Shown in pieces: positions 38,464 to 47,961 of a stretch of DNA of 64,000 nt. The notes beneath the pieces were generated by a model. That model had not been told where the DNA came from, searched no databases, and saw only the letters and a program-made list of their open reading frames with translations. Numbering within the stretch: the stretch's first letter is position 1; each line of letters opens with the position of its first letter. A program made the translations under genes and the position numbers. Origin of the DNA: Eubacteriales bacterium (lineage in GTDB: Bacteria > Bacillota > Clostridia > Oscillospirales > CAG-382); NCBI GenBank assembly GCA_045604705.1, contig JAZUOO010000030.1, forward strand, positions 28,373-92,372, written 5' to 3'.

Positions 38464-40164
38464 TTATATATTCATAATAACGGGAAGTATCATGGGCTTG
38501 CGCTTGGTTCTGCTGTAAACATAGGAGGTCAGCTCATCACGGAGCTTGTTCTTGATTTCGTTCCAGTCTGTCATATCACGTTCAAAGCAATCCTCGAGTA
38601 TTTCAAGGGCAAGGCTTCTCACACTTTCCATTAGCTCTTCCGCTTCACGTACATATACAAAACCTCTTGAAACTATATCCGGACCTGCAAGCAGCAGCTT
38701 TTCGTCAAAATTCGCAGATGCTACAACAACGATAAGTCCATCCTGACCGAGATGTCTTCTGTCACGAAGTACGATATTTCCGACATCACCGACACCAAAA
38801 CCGTCCACAAGCACCTTACCGGACTGTACTACTTCCGTCATCTCCATGGAGTCGGGAGTGAATTCGATAACGTGTCCCACGCTCGGAATAAGCGTGTGCT
38901 TTGAATCTATACCGACTTCATGGGCAAGATCAACGTTTGCTTTAAGATGCTTATATTCGCCGTGGATTGGAACAAAAAACTTCGGTTTTGTAAGCACCTG
39001 CATGAGTTTTAGTTCTTCTGCACAGCCATGTCCCGAAACATGAACGTCGGCTACGGAATCGTTCAGTACCTGAACGCCTCTTTTGAGAAGCTCGTTTATT
39101 ATCTTTGTGATAAGCTTTTCATTTCCGGGAATCGCCGATGCGGAAATTACAACAAGGTCGTTTTCCGAAACTTGAACTTTATCATGCTCCGCATATGCCA
39201 TTCTGTAAAGTGCACTCATTGGTTCACCCTGGGAACCTGTTGTGACAATAGTTATTTCCTCGGGTTTGAATCTTTTGATTTCCGACAGGTCAATGAGTGT
39301 ATTTGACGGAATATCCATGTATCCCATCTCGTTTGCCGCCGTCAGGACATTGAGCATACTTCTTCCGGTAACAGCAACCTTTCTGCCGTACTTGTGGGAA
39401 TAGTCTATTATCTGCTGTACTCTATGGACATTGGAAGAGAATGTAGCAATAATGATTCTCTTATCACAGCCACGGAAGATATTGTCAAGGGATTTTCCGA
39501 CATACTTTTCGCTCATGGTATAGCCGGGACGTTCCGCATTTGTGGATTCACAGAAAAGTGCAAGAATACCCTCATTGCCGAGTTCACCCAGCCTTGCGAA
39601 ATTTATGGGCTCGCCGGAAATGGGAGTAAGGTCTATCTTAAAGTCACCGGTAAACAGGAGCTTTCCCACGGGAGTGTCCACCGCAATTGCACAGGAATCC
39701 GCAATGGAGTGGTTAACTCTTATGAATTCCGCACTGAAAGCACCAAGCCTTACGGTATCACCTGCGTGTACTCTGCGAAGGGATGTAGTCTTTTCAAGTC
39801 CGTGCTCGATAAGCTTATAGTTGAGTATTCCCAGTGTTAAGGGAGTTCCGTATATCGGCACGTTTACAGATCTGAGAATATAAGGCAGTGCTCCGATATG
39901 ATCCTCATGTCCGTGGGTGAGAAGTACCGCCCTTACCTTTTCGATGTTCTTCTGAAGATATGTGACATCCGGAATTACAAGGTCTATACCCAGCATATCA
40001 TCGTCCGGGAACCCGAGTCCGCAATCTATTACTATAATATCATTTTCAAATTCAACGGCAGTCATGTTTCTGCCTACCTCGCCAAGACCTCCGAGGGGGA
40101 TAACCTTCAGCTTTGAGCCTGTATAAACCTTACTGTTATTCTGCGGTCTTTTGTTTTTTGCCAT
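38464..40164 (-). CDS. rnj: ribonuclease J
   Basis: LKVIPLGGLGEVG, LLTHGHEDHIGALPY (beta-lactamase HxHxDH), beta-CASP and C-terminal domain; ~560 aa. Confidence 0.95.
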   Translation of the reverse strand: MAKNKRPQNNSKVYTGSKLKVIPLGGLGEVGRNMTAVEFENDIIVIDCGLGFPDDDMLGIDLVIPDVTYLQKNIEKVRAVLLTHGHEDHIGALPYILRSVNVPIYGTPLTLGILNYKLIEHGLEKTTSLRRVHAGDTVRLGAFSAEFIRVNHSIADSCAIAVDTPVGKLLFTGDFKIDLTPISGEPINFARLGELGNEGILALFCESTNAERPGYTMSEKYVGKSLDNIFRGCDKRIIIATFSSNVHRVQQIIDYSHKYGRKVAVTGRSMLNVLTAANEMGYMDIPSNTLIDLSEIKRFKPEEITIVTTGSQGEPMSALYRMAYAEHDKVQVSENDLVVISASAIPGNEKLITKIINELLKRGVQVLNDSVADVHVSGHGCAEELKLMQVLTKPKFFVPIHGEYKHLKANVDLAHEVGIDSKHTLIPSVGHVIEFTPDSMEMTEVVQSGKVLVDGFGVGDVGNIVLRDRRHLGQDGLIVVVASANFDEKLLLAGPDIVSRGFVYVREAEELMESVRSLALEILEDCFERDMTDWNEIKNKLRDELTSYVYSRTKRKPMILPVIMNI

Positions 40165-40450
40165 ATAAACACCGTTCCTTTCTTAAATTAACACGGTCAC
40201 AAAATACTACTTCTATGTAAAACACAGTTGGCTTCCGTAAATCCTGCGGAAACCCAAATATAAATATGAAATTCAAAATGCACCAAATGCATACAAAACC
40301 GTTGGATCGATAAAAAACTTTGGCAGCAGCAGAGCATTCCGTACGTCACCGTTTAACGCCCAACGGAGAAATGCGGAAAACCACCGTAAAAATCTTGTTA
40401 TCGCCCAAATTTGCAAACAACGGTTTTTCACGAACAATTACACCGAGTAT

Positions 40451-40479
40451 ATTATGCACTTTTTTTGCGTGAAAGTCAA
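40451..40479 (-). promoter_or_regulatory. candidate rnj promoter giving a ~280-nt leader
   Basis: The minus strand reads TTGACT-17 nt-(TG)CATAAT. Confidence 0.55.
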
Positions 40480-40648
40480 CACATTTTCTATAAATTTTTC
40501 AGTTTTGCCAATATGTTTACAAATTAATGTTTAATAAAAAACGTTATCGGGTTATAATTAGTATGTTGGAGTATTATGTTATTATACCTCCGACAGTAAA
40601 TTTAAACAAAATTTGTTTGATAAGATTTCAAGAAAGGACAAGGTCTAA

Positions 40649-41248
40649 ATGAAGAATACCGTAAAGCTTTGTGCAATTGCGGCTGTCTCCCTTTCGCTTC
40701 TGTGCTCCTGCAGTAAAGCACCGAATAAAGGTACCTCGGAAAACTACAACGTTGCCGAAATAGAGATCGGAGATACCGCAAAGACGGAAAATGAATATGT
40801 CGGGTATACCTTTGAATATCCGAAAACATGGAGTGTTGTCAGAAATGACGGGATGATTGCCGTGCAGTCGGACGAGAAAGAGCCCGAACAGCGTGTTACA
40901 ATCTCCTGCACGACCTACAGCAGTATAGATCCCACTCTTGCAGTTCTCCCCTATTGGGACGGTGACGGTACAAAGGAAAATCCCGGATATTACAAGAAAT
41001 TACAAGACACTCTCGGTGGGGATTTCAAGGAAATATCGAGAAGCGAAACAGAGCTTGGAAACACCGGTGCACCTGCACTTAAGGTAGTATACAGTGCGGA
41101 AATTGCCGACAAGACTTATATGTTCGGTCAGGTCGTTTCCATCTTCGACGGTTCAATCTACACCTTTACTTACACAGCACTCCCCGATTACTACGAAGCC
41201 TGGGAACCTGCTCTTACCCATGCCGTAACCTCTTTCAAAGCAAAATAA
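40649..41248 (+). CDS. putative lipoprotein of unknown function
   Basis: Signal peptide MKNTVKLCAIAAVSLSLLCSCSK with a lipobox-like L-C-S-C. AAAGGA RBS. Confidence 0.6.
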   Translation: MKNTVKLCAIAAVSLSLLCSCSKAPNKGTSENYNVAEIEIGDTAKTENEYVGYTFEYPKTWSVVRNDGMIAVQSDEKEPEQRVTISCTTYSSIDPTLAVLPYWDGDGTKENPGYYKKLQDTLGGDFKEISRSETELGNTGAPALKVVYSAEIADKTYMFGQVVSIFDGSIYTFTYTALPDYYEAWEPALTHAVTSFKAK

Positions 41249-41288
41249 AACGGCACAATACAGAATTATTTAAGGAGACTATCTTATA

Positions 41289-44093
41289 ATGTCAATCATA
41301 ACAAAAATCTTCGGTACAAGAAGTGAAAGAGAAGTTAAAAAGCTTGAGAAGATCGTTGATCAGATTGAGGCACTTTCCGATAAATACAAGGCAATGAGCG
41401 AAGCGGAGCTTCAAAATACAACAGTTGTTCTCCGCAGAAGACTTGCAGACGGTGAGACCCTGGATGATATTCTTCCGGATGCATATGCGGCGGTAAGAGA
41501 AGCATCTTGGAGAGTACTTGAAAAGCGTCACTACAGAGTTCAGCTTATAGGTGGTATCATTCTCCATCAGGGGCGTATCGCAGAAATGAAAACACGTGAA
41601 GGTAAAACCCTTATGGCGACTCTCCCCTGCTACCTCAACGCACTTACGGGAGAGGGTGTTCACGTCGTAACGGTAAACGATTACCTTGCAAAGCGTGACA
41701 GTGAATGGATGGGCAAGGTTTACAATTACCTCGGAATGACGGTTGGTCTTATAGTTCACGAAAAGACAAGTGAAGAAAGAAAAGAAGCATACAACGCAGA
41801 CATCACCTACGGTACAAACAATGAGCTGGGCTTTGACTATCTGCGTGATAGTATGGCAACCTCCAAGTCGGGGCTTGTTCAGAGAGGGCACAATTTTGCG
41901 ATTGTGGACGAGGTTGACTCCATCCTTATTGACGAGGCGAGAACTCCTCTTATTATCTCCGGCCCCGGCGATAAATCCACAGAGCTTTATGTTATAGCCG
42001 ACAAATTTGCAAGAAGCCTTTCCTGCAAGAGAATAAAGGAAATGGACAACAAGGCTGACAACGACAATATCGGCGGCGATTATGTTGTTGACGAAAAGGC
42101 AAAGACTGTTGTCCTCACAGCAGACGGTATCAGAAAGGCTGAAAGCTATTTCCATATCAACAACCTTTCAGATCCCGAAAATGCTACTCTCCAGCATCAT
42201 ATAAACCAGGCTATCCGTGCTCACGGTATTATGCAGAACGAAGTTGACTACACCATCAAAGACGGTGAGGTTATGATAGTTGATCAATTCACCGGCCGTA
42301 TCATGCCCGGCAGACGTTATTCAAACGGTCTTCACCAGGCGATAGAAGCAAAGGAAGGCGTAAAAATTCAAAACGAGTCAAAGACTCTTGCAACAATTAC
42401 ATTCCAGAACTTCTTCAGAATTTACAAAAAGCTTTCCGGCATGACCGGTACTGCTCTTACGGAAGAAGACGAATTCCGTGAAATCTACGCTCTTGACGTT
42501 GTTGAAGTTCCCACAAACAGACCTCTTGCAAGACAGGACCTCAACGATGAAGTTTATAAGACTGTAAATGAAAAGTACAACGCAGTTATAAAACAGATTA
42601 TAGAGTGCCACAAGAAGGGTCAGCCGGTACTTGTGGGTACTGTTTCCATTGACAAATCCGAGTATGTTTCCGCGCTTCTCAAGAAGAACGGTGTTCCCCA
42701 CAATGTCCTCAATGCGAAGTATCACGAAAAAGAAGCGGAAATCGTTGCACAGGCAGGTAAATTCGGTGCGGTCACCATTGCTACAAACATGGCAGGTCGT
42801 GGTACGGACATTATGCTCGGCGGTAACCCCGAATTTATGGCAAAGAATGAAATGAGAAAGCATGGCAGAACCGATGAAGAAATTTCTCTTGCCACAAGTT
42901 ATTTTGCAACAGAAGACGAGCACACTCTGGCTCTCAGAAAAGAATTCAATGAATACGAAGCAAAGTTCAAAGCGGAAATCGAGCCGGAAGCAAAGAAAGT
43001 TATTGAAGCCGGCGGTCTTTACATCATAGGTACCGAAAGACACGATTCAAGACGTATTGACAACCAGCTCCGAGGTCGTGCAGGTCGTCAGGGCGACCCC
43101 GGATGTTCAAAGTTCTATCTCTCACTTCAGGATGACCTTATGCGTCTTTTCGGCGGCGAGAGAATGGAGCGTATTTTTGAAAACTTTAAGCTCCCCGAGG
43201 GTGAAGCTATCAATGCGGGAATCCTCTCCGGCGGTATTGAAAGAGCACAGAAGGCAAGAGAAGGTATGCACTTCAACAGTCGTAAGACCGTACTTCAGTA
43301 CGATGACGTTATGAATGTTCAGAGACAGATTATCTACAAGCAACGTCAGGATGTTCTTCACGGTGCAGACATTCATTCCACCATCACCGCAATGATTAAG
43401 GATACCGTAAATACTGCGGTCGACTCATTTGCTTCAAGCGAAATTCCGGAAGACTGGAATCTTGATGCACTCAGAGGATATTTCTTCAACGTCCTGACAA
43501 CCGATGATGATTTCAGATACGATTCCGAGGAGCTTAACAAGCTGAATACCGAAACAATCAGAGAAATGCTTCAGGAAAGAGCAAAAAAGAAGCTTGAAGA
43601 AAAGATTGAAGATTTCGGTGCGGAGGATTTTGGCAAAATTGAAAGAGCCGTACTTCTCCGTAACGTTGATAACAACTGGATAGACCACATTGATGCCATG
43701 GACGACCTGAAAGACGGTATCTCACTACGTTCCTACGGTTCAAAAGACCCTCTCAACGAATACAGACTTGAGGGTGCGGATATGTTTGACGAAATGATTG
43801 CCACAATCAAAGAAGGTACTACAAAAATGATACTTTCCGTTGTTCCCACATCAAAAATCGAACAGAAGGATGTTTCAAAGGGAGCAACCGAGAGAAGAGC
43901 AACCGCTGTTCCAACAGCCGCAGACAGTCCTTACGGAAAAGCTGCAAAGCCGGATACCGAAACAAAGAAGCCGGTAGTTCTCAAGGCGTCCGAAAAGGTC
44001 GGCAGAAACGATCCCTGCCCCTGCGGAAGCGGTAAGAAGTACAAAAAGTGCTGCGGTGCCGCAAGCAATACCGCGCAAGACGGCGAAGAATAA
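41289..44093 (+). CDS. secA: preprotein translocase ATPase SecA
   Basis: MKTREGKTL Walker [31 protein letters not shown]-terminal zinc motif [14 protein letters not shown]. Confidence 0.98.
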   Translation: MSIITKIFGTRSEREVKKLEKIVDQIEALSDKYKAMSEAELQNTTVVLRRRLADGETLDDILPDAYAAVREASWRVLEKRHYRVQLIGGIILHQGRIAEMKTREGKTLMATLPCYLNALTGEGVHVVTVNDYLAKRDSEWMGKVYNYLGMTVGLIVHEKTSEERKEAYNADITYGTNNELGFDYLRDSMATSKSGLVQRGHNFAIVDEVDSILIDEARTPLIISGPGDKSTELYVIADKFARSLSCKRIKEMDNKADNDNIGGDYVVDEKAKTVVLTADGIRKAESYFHINNLSDPENATLQHHINQAIRAHGIMQNEVDYTIKDGEVMIVDQFTGRIMPGRRYSNGLHQAIEAKEGVKIQNESKTLATITFQNFFRIYKKLSGMTGTALTEEDEFREIYALDVVEVPTNRPLARQDLNDEVYKTVNEKYNAVIKQIIECHKKGQPVLVGTVSIDKSEYVSALLKKNGVPHNVLNAKYHEKEAEIVAQAGKFGAVTIATNMAGRGTDIMLGGNPEFMAKNEMRKHGRTDEEISLATSYFATEDEHTLALRKEFNEYEAKFKAEIEPEAKKVIEAGGLYIIGTERHDSRRIDNQLRGRAGRQGDPGCSKFYLSLQDDLMRLFGGERMERIFENFKLPEGEAINAGILSGGIERAQKAREGMHFNSRKTVLQYDDVMNVQRQIIYKQRQDVLHGADIHSTITAMIKDTVNTAVDSFASSEIPEDWNLDALRGYFFNVLTTDDDFRYDSEELNKLNTETIREMLQERAKKKLEEKIEDFGAEDFGKIERAVLLRNVDNNWIDHIDAMDDLKDGISLRSYGSKDPLNEYRLEGADMFDEMIATIKEGTTKMILSVVPTSKIEQKDVSKGATERRATAVPTAADSPYGKAAKPDTETKKPVVLKASEKVGRNDPCPCGSGKKYKKCCGAASNTAQDGEE

Positions 44094-44198
44094 TCATACA
44101 GCATTTAATTCACGGTGCCTTCGGAAATGTCCCGGGGGCACTTTTGATAAAAGCATATACTAAATAAATACGATTATACGAAATTTGAAAGGATAATT

Positions 44199-44825
44199 AT
44201 GGGATTCGGACTTATATGTGCGGGATATTCGACCCTTTTGTTTCTGCGACTTGTCCCGGTGGAATTTTTCGGATTTATATTTGTATTAAAGGGGCTTGGC
44301 AAGCTTTGCTCATTCAATAAATTCTTTGCTCTTGCGAAAAAAAGTGTCTATCCGATACTTGCCTATTCACTGGCAGACTGCGTTTATTGGATACTTAATC
44401 GTTTAAACATAGTATCCTCTGTACTTGCAGACAATATCTTTACATATCTTCACAGTCTTGTGCTTCTGCCTTTCTATTTTCTTTTGTTCATGGCACTTCG
44501 TGACATCTCAAATGAAGTGGGTTACCCGAAAGGAATGAAGCGTGCGTCTCTGGCAATATCTTCGGCGATAGTTTATTATCTCGTTTTTGCACTCTCAAGG
44601 ATTGGCATTGCGGGAATTGATCAGTATTTCATTGTCGCGGAATATATCTTCTACATTATCCTTTTCTTAGTAACTGAATCGGCGGTGTATACCTGCTACA
44701 GGGCTATCACTACCGATGAAGCTGAAAAGAGAGAGGAAGAAGAACTTAAAAAATTTGAAGAACGCTTCGGCAGAAAAAGCAAGGACAAAAAACAACCCTC
44801 CGATACGTCTGTAAAGAAAAAGTGA
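44199..44825 (+). CDS. polytopic membrane protein with charged C-terminal tail, unknown function
   Basis: AAAGGA RBS. About 6 hydrophobic helices, then an EKREEEELKKFEERFGRKSKDKK tail. Its N-terminal module resembles two modules in the next gene. Confidence 0.6.
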   Translation: MGFGLICAGYSTLLFLRLVPVEFFGFIFVLKGLGKLCSFNKFFALAKKSVYPILAYSLADCVYWILNRLNIVSSVLADNIFTYLHSLVLLPFYFLLFMALRDISNEVGYPKGMKRASLAISSAIVYYLVFALSRIGIAGIDQYFIVAEYIFYIILFLVTESAVYTCYRAITTDEAEKREEEELKKFEERFGRKSKDKKQPSDTSVKKK

Positions 44826-44909
44826 TATTTTATAACACGTATTGCAGATTTGCATATCGGATTTTCTAAACTGCAAAAACTTACAGTATTGCGAAAGGAT
44901 TGGTCATAA

Positions 44910-46274
44910 ATGGGAATTATCTTTATTTTCATAGGTATACTGTTTTTTATGAACCCGAGCTTCAGAATGCTTGACATTCTGCCGGACTTTATCGGCTGTA
45001 TATTGATAATTGCGGGAGTATCAAAGCTTGCACTTATTGACTACAGGCTCGGCAATGCAAAAAAATATGCGATATACTATGCTTTTGTCAGTGCGTTGAA
45101 AATTCCTCTGGCAGGCTATATCTTCATAAACGAACAGGACTATCTTTTGCCGGCAACCTTTATTTACTCCGTTATTGAGGGAATACTGATGGTGGGAATT
45201 TTTGTTTCACTCATCGGTGGTTTACAGTATCTTCTGTCAAGGGAAAACTGTGAGGGTGTCCACCTTAAGAATTCCGAAAGTGCTTCCGTTGTTTGCTTTG
45301 CTTTTTCAATTGCAAGGGCGGCAATATCCTTTGCTCCCGAGCTTTTGTCCCTTGGTGCGCAAAAAGACCGCTTTGACTACACTTTCACGTCCACTCCCGA
45401 ACAGGATGCGGTGTTTATAAAGCCTTATGCGGAGATACTTGCCTTTGTTTTGGTACTTATCTTTGGTGTATATTTCGCATTCACCTGCGGAAAATTCCTT
45501 ATCGGTATCTTTCGCGACAAAGCTTTTATTTCGGGAATCTCTGCAAGATATGAAATGTACGTTTGTGAAAACATGGACTCCATGAACTTCGGGAAGGTTC
45601 GCTTTGCGTTAATGCTGTTCTTTGTGGCGATACTTTTGTGGTTTAATCAGATACTTGATTTTGTGAATGTTATTCCTAATACGCTGTCGTATATTTTTAT
45701 GATTCTCGGAACGGTGTACATGATAAAAAAACTCGGATGTGAGAGGCTTCGGTCTACGCTTGCGGTATATATTCCGCTTATTGCCCTTTCATGTTATAAC
45801 AATGTGGTTCAGACAAGGCTGCTTTCGACTACGGATATTGATTTTATTTATGACCATATGCTGATAAAAAAAGTCCCCGAACTTCTTCAGCGTACCGATA
45901 ATTTCCTGCAGCTGTGTCTTCCGATAATTGTGGAATATGCGATACTTGCAGTACTTGTTGTTTCTGTATGCAAAGCCTTTAACTCGCTTGAATTTTTGCG
46001 GGACAAGGATACCATCAGTATTTTTGAGATTCTTTTCTCAATAAGCACAGCAGTATATTTCATTTCAAGCTGCTACGTATACTTCGGTCAGTTCATTCGC
46101 ACAGCAAACACTTATGTTACCGAGAGTCTTAATATTTATGTGAAGTACGACTCCATTCTTTCAATTTTTGAGTGGGTGAGTCTGATTTCCTTTGCACTGG
46201 TGCTTTACGGCGCTTACAGGTATGGTTACGATGTTCTTACAAGGGTAAAGCCAAAGGGAACTATGACGGAATAA
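44910..46274 (+). CDS. polytopic membrane protein (about 12 helices), unknown function; paralogous module shared with the preceding gene
   Basis: AAAGGA RBS. The motif D-x-L/V-P-D/N-x-(3)-I-x-(3)-G-x-x-K-L recurs at residues ~20-40 and ~240-262. Confidence 0.6.
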   Translation: MGIIFIFIGILFFMNPSFRMLDILPDFIGCILIIAGVSKLALIDYRLGNAKKYAIYYAFVSALKIPLAGYIFINEQDYLLPATFIYSVIEGILMVGIFVSLIGGLQYLLSRENCEGVHLKNSESASVVCFAFSIARAAISFAPELLSLGAQKDRFDYTFTSTPEQDAVFIKPYAEILAFVLVLIFGVYFAFTCGKFLIGIFRDKAFISGISARYEMYVCENMDSMNFGKVRFALMLFFVAILLWFNQILDFVNVIPNTLSYIFMILGTVYMIKKLGCERLRSTLAVYIPLIALSCYNNVVQTRLLSTTDIDFIYDHMLIKKVPELLQRTDNFLQLCLPIIVEYAILAVLVVSVCKAFNSLEFLRDKDTISIFEILFSISTAVYFISSCYVYFGQFIRTANTYVTESLNIYVKYDSILSIFEWVSLISFALVLYGAYRYGYDVLTRVKPKGTMTE

Positions 46275-46312
46275 GTTGACGTAACGACCCTATATTTAAA
46301 ACAAGAAAAAAC

Positions 46313-46336
46313 TTTCGGGATATTTCGGGATATTTC
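46313..46336 (+). repeat. 10-bp tandem repeat TTTCGGGATA x2.4 just upstream of the tRNA promoter
   Basis: TTTCGGGATA TTTCGGGATA TTTC read directly; it ends 10 nt before the -35 element. Confidence 0.8.
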
Positions 46337-46346
46337 AATTCTCGTA

Positions 46347-46374
46347 TTGACTTTTTAAAATTTTGTGGTATAAT
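46347..46374 (+). promoter_or_regulatory. promoter of tRNA-Arg (and probably the downstream MATE gene)
   Basis: TTGACT-16 nt-(TGG)TATAAT, 67 nt upstream of the mature tRNA 5' end. Confidence 0.7.
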
Positions 46375-46440
46375 ATTGGGGTAACGGTTAAATATACTTG
46401 TTATTCGGTTAGTTGTTTACCGTTATCCCGTAATGTATAT

Positions 46441-46515
46441 GCCCCCATAGTTAAGTGGATATAACAAGCCCCTCCTAAGGGCTAGTCATCGGTTCGACTC
46501 CGGTTGGGGGTGCCA
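46441..46515 (+). tRNA. tRNA-Arg (anticodon CCU), CCA encoded
   Basis: Cloverleaf folded by hand: acceptor GCCCCCA/TGGGGGT (G1-U72 wobble), D-arm GTTA-AGTGGATA-TAAC, anticodon arm AGCCC-CTCCTAA-GGGCT, variable AGTC, T-arm ATCGG-TTCGACT-CCGGT, discriminator G, then CCA. Confidence 0.93.
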
Positions 46516-46536
46516 AAAATTGTCAAGGAAATTGTC

Positions 46537-47925
46537 ATGCTTAAAAGGTTTATTGGAGATAAAGCATTTTATTCAAGAGTCATAGCGATAACGCTTCCGA
46601 TACTTATTCAGAATATAATTACCAACTTTGTTAGTCTTATCGATAACATAATGGTAGGTCAGATAGGCACTGAACAGATGACAGGCGTCGCAGTGGTAAA
46701 TCAACTTATGTTTGTATATAACATCTGCATTTTCGGAGGCATTTCCGGACCCGGAATATTCACGGCTCAGTACTATGGCAAAAACGACACAAAGGGTGTA
46801 AGAGATACATTCAGATTCAAGATACTGATAGTACTCTTTATAACGTTAATCGGATTTATACTGTGTACATTTTTCCGTGATCCGCTTATCTCACTGTTTT
46901 TGCATGAGGGTGAGGAAGGTCTTAATGTAGCCCGTACTCTTGAATACGGAAGACAGTATATTGCCATAATGTCAGTTCAGCTTCTCCCGTTTGCTGTAAT
47001 GCAGGCTTATGCCGGTACCTTGCGTGAGACAGGTAATACAGTTGTTCCGATGATTTCGGGTGTTGTTGCGGTTATTGTTAATACTTGTCTTAACTATATT
47101 CTCATTTTCGGCAAATTCGGTTTGCCCGTGCTTGGAATACAGGGGGCTGCCATTGCAACGGTAATTGCGAGATTTATTGAGTGCTTTATAGTTATTTTAT
47201 CCACACACTTCAACTCAAAAAAGTATTGCTTTATTATCGGTGCATACAAGTCGATGAGAATACCCGCAGAGCTTGTCACAAGGATAGTCAAAAAGGGATT
47301 CCCGCTTATGGTAAACGAAATACTCTGGTCGCTCGGAACGGCGACTCTTGTGCAATGCTATTCGGTAAGGGGACTTGAAGTTGTTTCTGCGTATAATATA
47401 AGCTCGACAATATCCAATTTGTTCCACTGTGCATTCTTCTCCTTTGGAACCACTATTTCCATTATTATAGGTCAGCTTCTTGGTTCGGGAAATCTGAAAA
47501 AAGCCAAGGATGAAAGTGTAAAAATACTTGCTCTTGTTGTGGCGATATGTATGGCTATGGGAAGTGTCATGGTAATTCTTGCACCGGCAATTCCGAGTGT
47601 TTACAATACACAGCAATCTGTCAAAGATCTTGCTTGTGAGTTCCTTATCATCAGCGCATTGCTTATGCCGATTCATGGATTTACTCACGGTTCGTATTTT
47701 ACACTTCGCTCCGGCGGTAAGACTGTTGTGACATTCCTGTTTGACAGTGTGTTTATGTGGTCACTCTCAATTCCCTGTGCTTTTATTCTTTCGAGATTTA
47801 CACCTCTTTCCATTATTCCGATATTCCTTGCAGTTCAAGGGATTGACTGTATAAAATGCATCCTTGGGTTTATACTTGTCAAAAAGGGTATTTGGGTAAA
47901 CAATCTTGTTCATGACAGTGAATAA
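46537..47925 (+). CDS. MATE-family efflux transporter
   Basis: ATG 46537 follows AAGGAA; the track ORF start at 46504 lies inside the tRNA. It has 12 predicted helices, and the N-terminal ITLPILIQNIITNFVSLIDNIMVGQIG pattern is typical of MATE/DinF-NorM proteins. Confidence 0.9.
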   Translation: MLKRFIGDKAFYSRVIAITLPILIQNIITNFVSLIDNIMVGQIGTEQMTGVAVVNQLMFVYNICIFGGISGPGIFTAQYYGKNDTKGVRDTFRFKILIVLFITLIGFILCTFFRDPLISLFLHEGEEGLNVARTLEYGRQYIAIMSVQLLPFAVMQAYAGTLRETGNTVVPMISGVVAVIVNTCLNYILIFGKFGLPVLGIQGAAIATVIARFIECFIVILSTHFNSKKYCFIIGAYKSMRIPAELVTRIVKKGFPLMVNEILWSLGTATLVQCYSVRGLEVVSAYNISSTISNLFHCAFFSFGTTISIIIGQLLGSGNLKKAKDESVKILALVVAICMAMGSVMVILAPAIPSVYNTQQSVKDLACEFLIISALLMPIHGFTHGSYFTLRSGGKTVVTFLFDSVFMWSLSIPCAFILSRFTPLSIIPIFLAVQGIDCIKCILGFILVKKGIWVNNLVHDSE

Positions 47926-47933
47926 AGCTTTGG

Positions 47934-47961
47934 CGGTTGTCGGTTTGGCAACCGTCTTTTT
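47934..47961 (+). terminator. intrinsic terminator of the first MATE gene
   Basis: CGGTTG-9 nt-CAACCG followed by TCTTTTTA, 8 nt after the stop. Confidence 0.7.

Noticed and set aside
40441-40465. dif-like site (GTATATTATG resembles the XerD arm and centre of dif)
   Set aside because: Only ~10 nt match, and the XerC-side arm is absent. The same bases are better explained as the -10 region of the rnj promoter.
41292-43043. Minus-strand ORFs 41292-42155 and 42378-43043 inside secA; similarly 49048-50031 inside the VanY gene, 3370-4161 inside metG, 14869-15384 inside addA, and 54740-55303 and 55432-56058 opposite the antiporter and exonuclease genes
   Set aside because: All are shadow frames of confidently identified genes.
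46504-46536. Track ORF start for the MATE gene at 46504
   Set aside because: It would begin inside the tRNA-Arg T-arm. ATG 46537 has a proper AAGGAA RBS and matches the usual MATE N-terminus.
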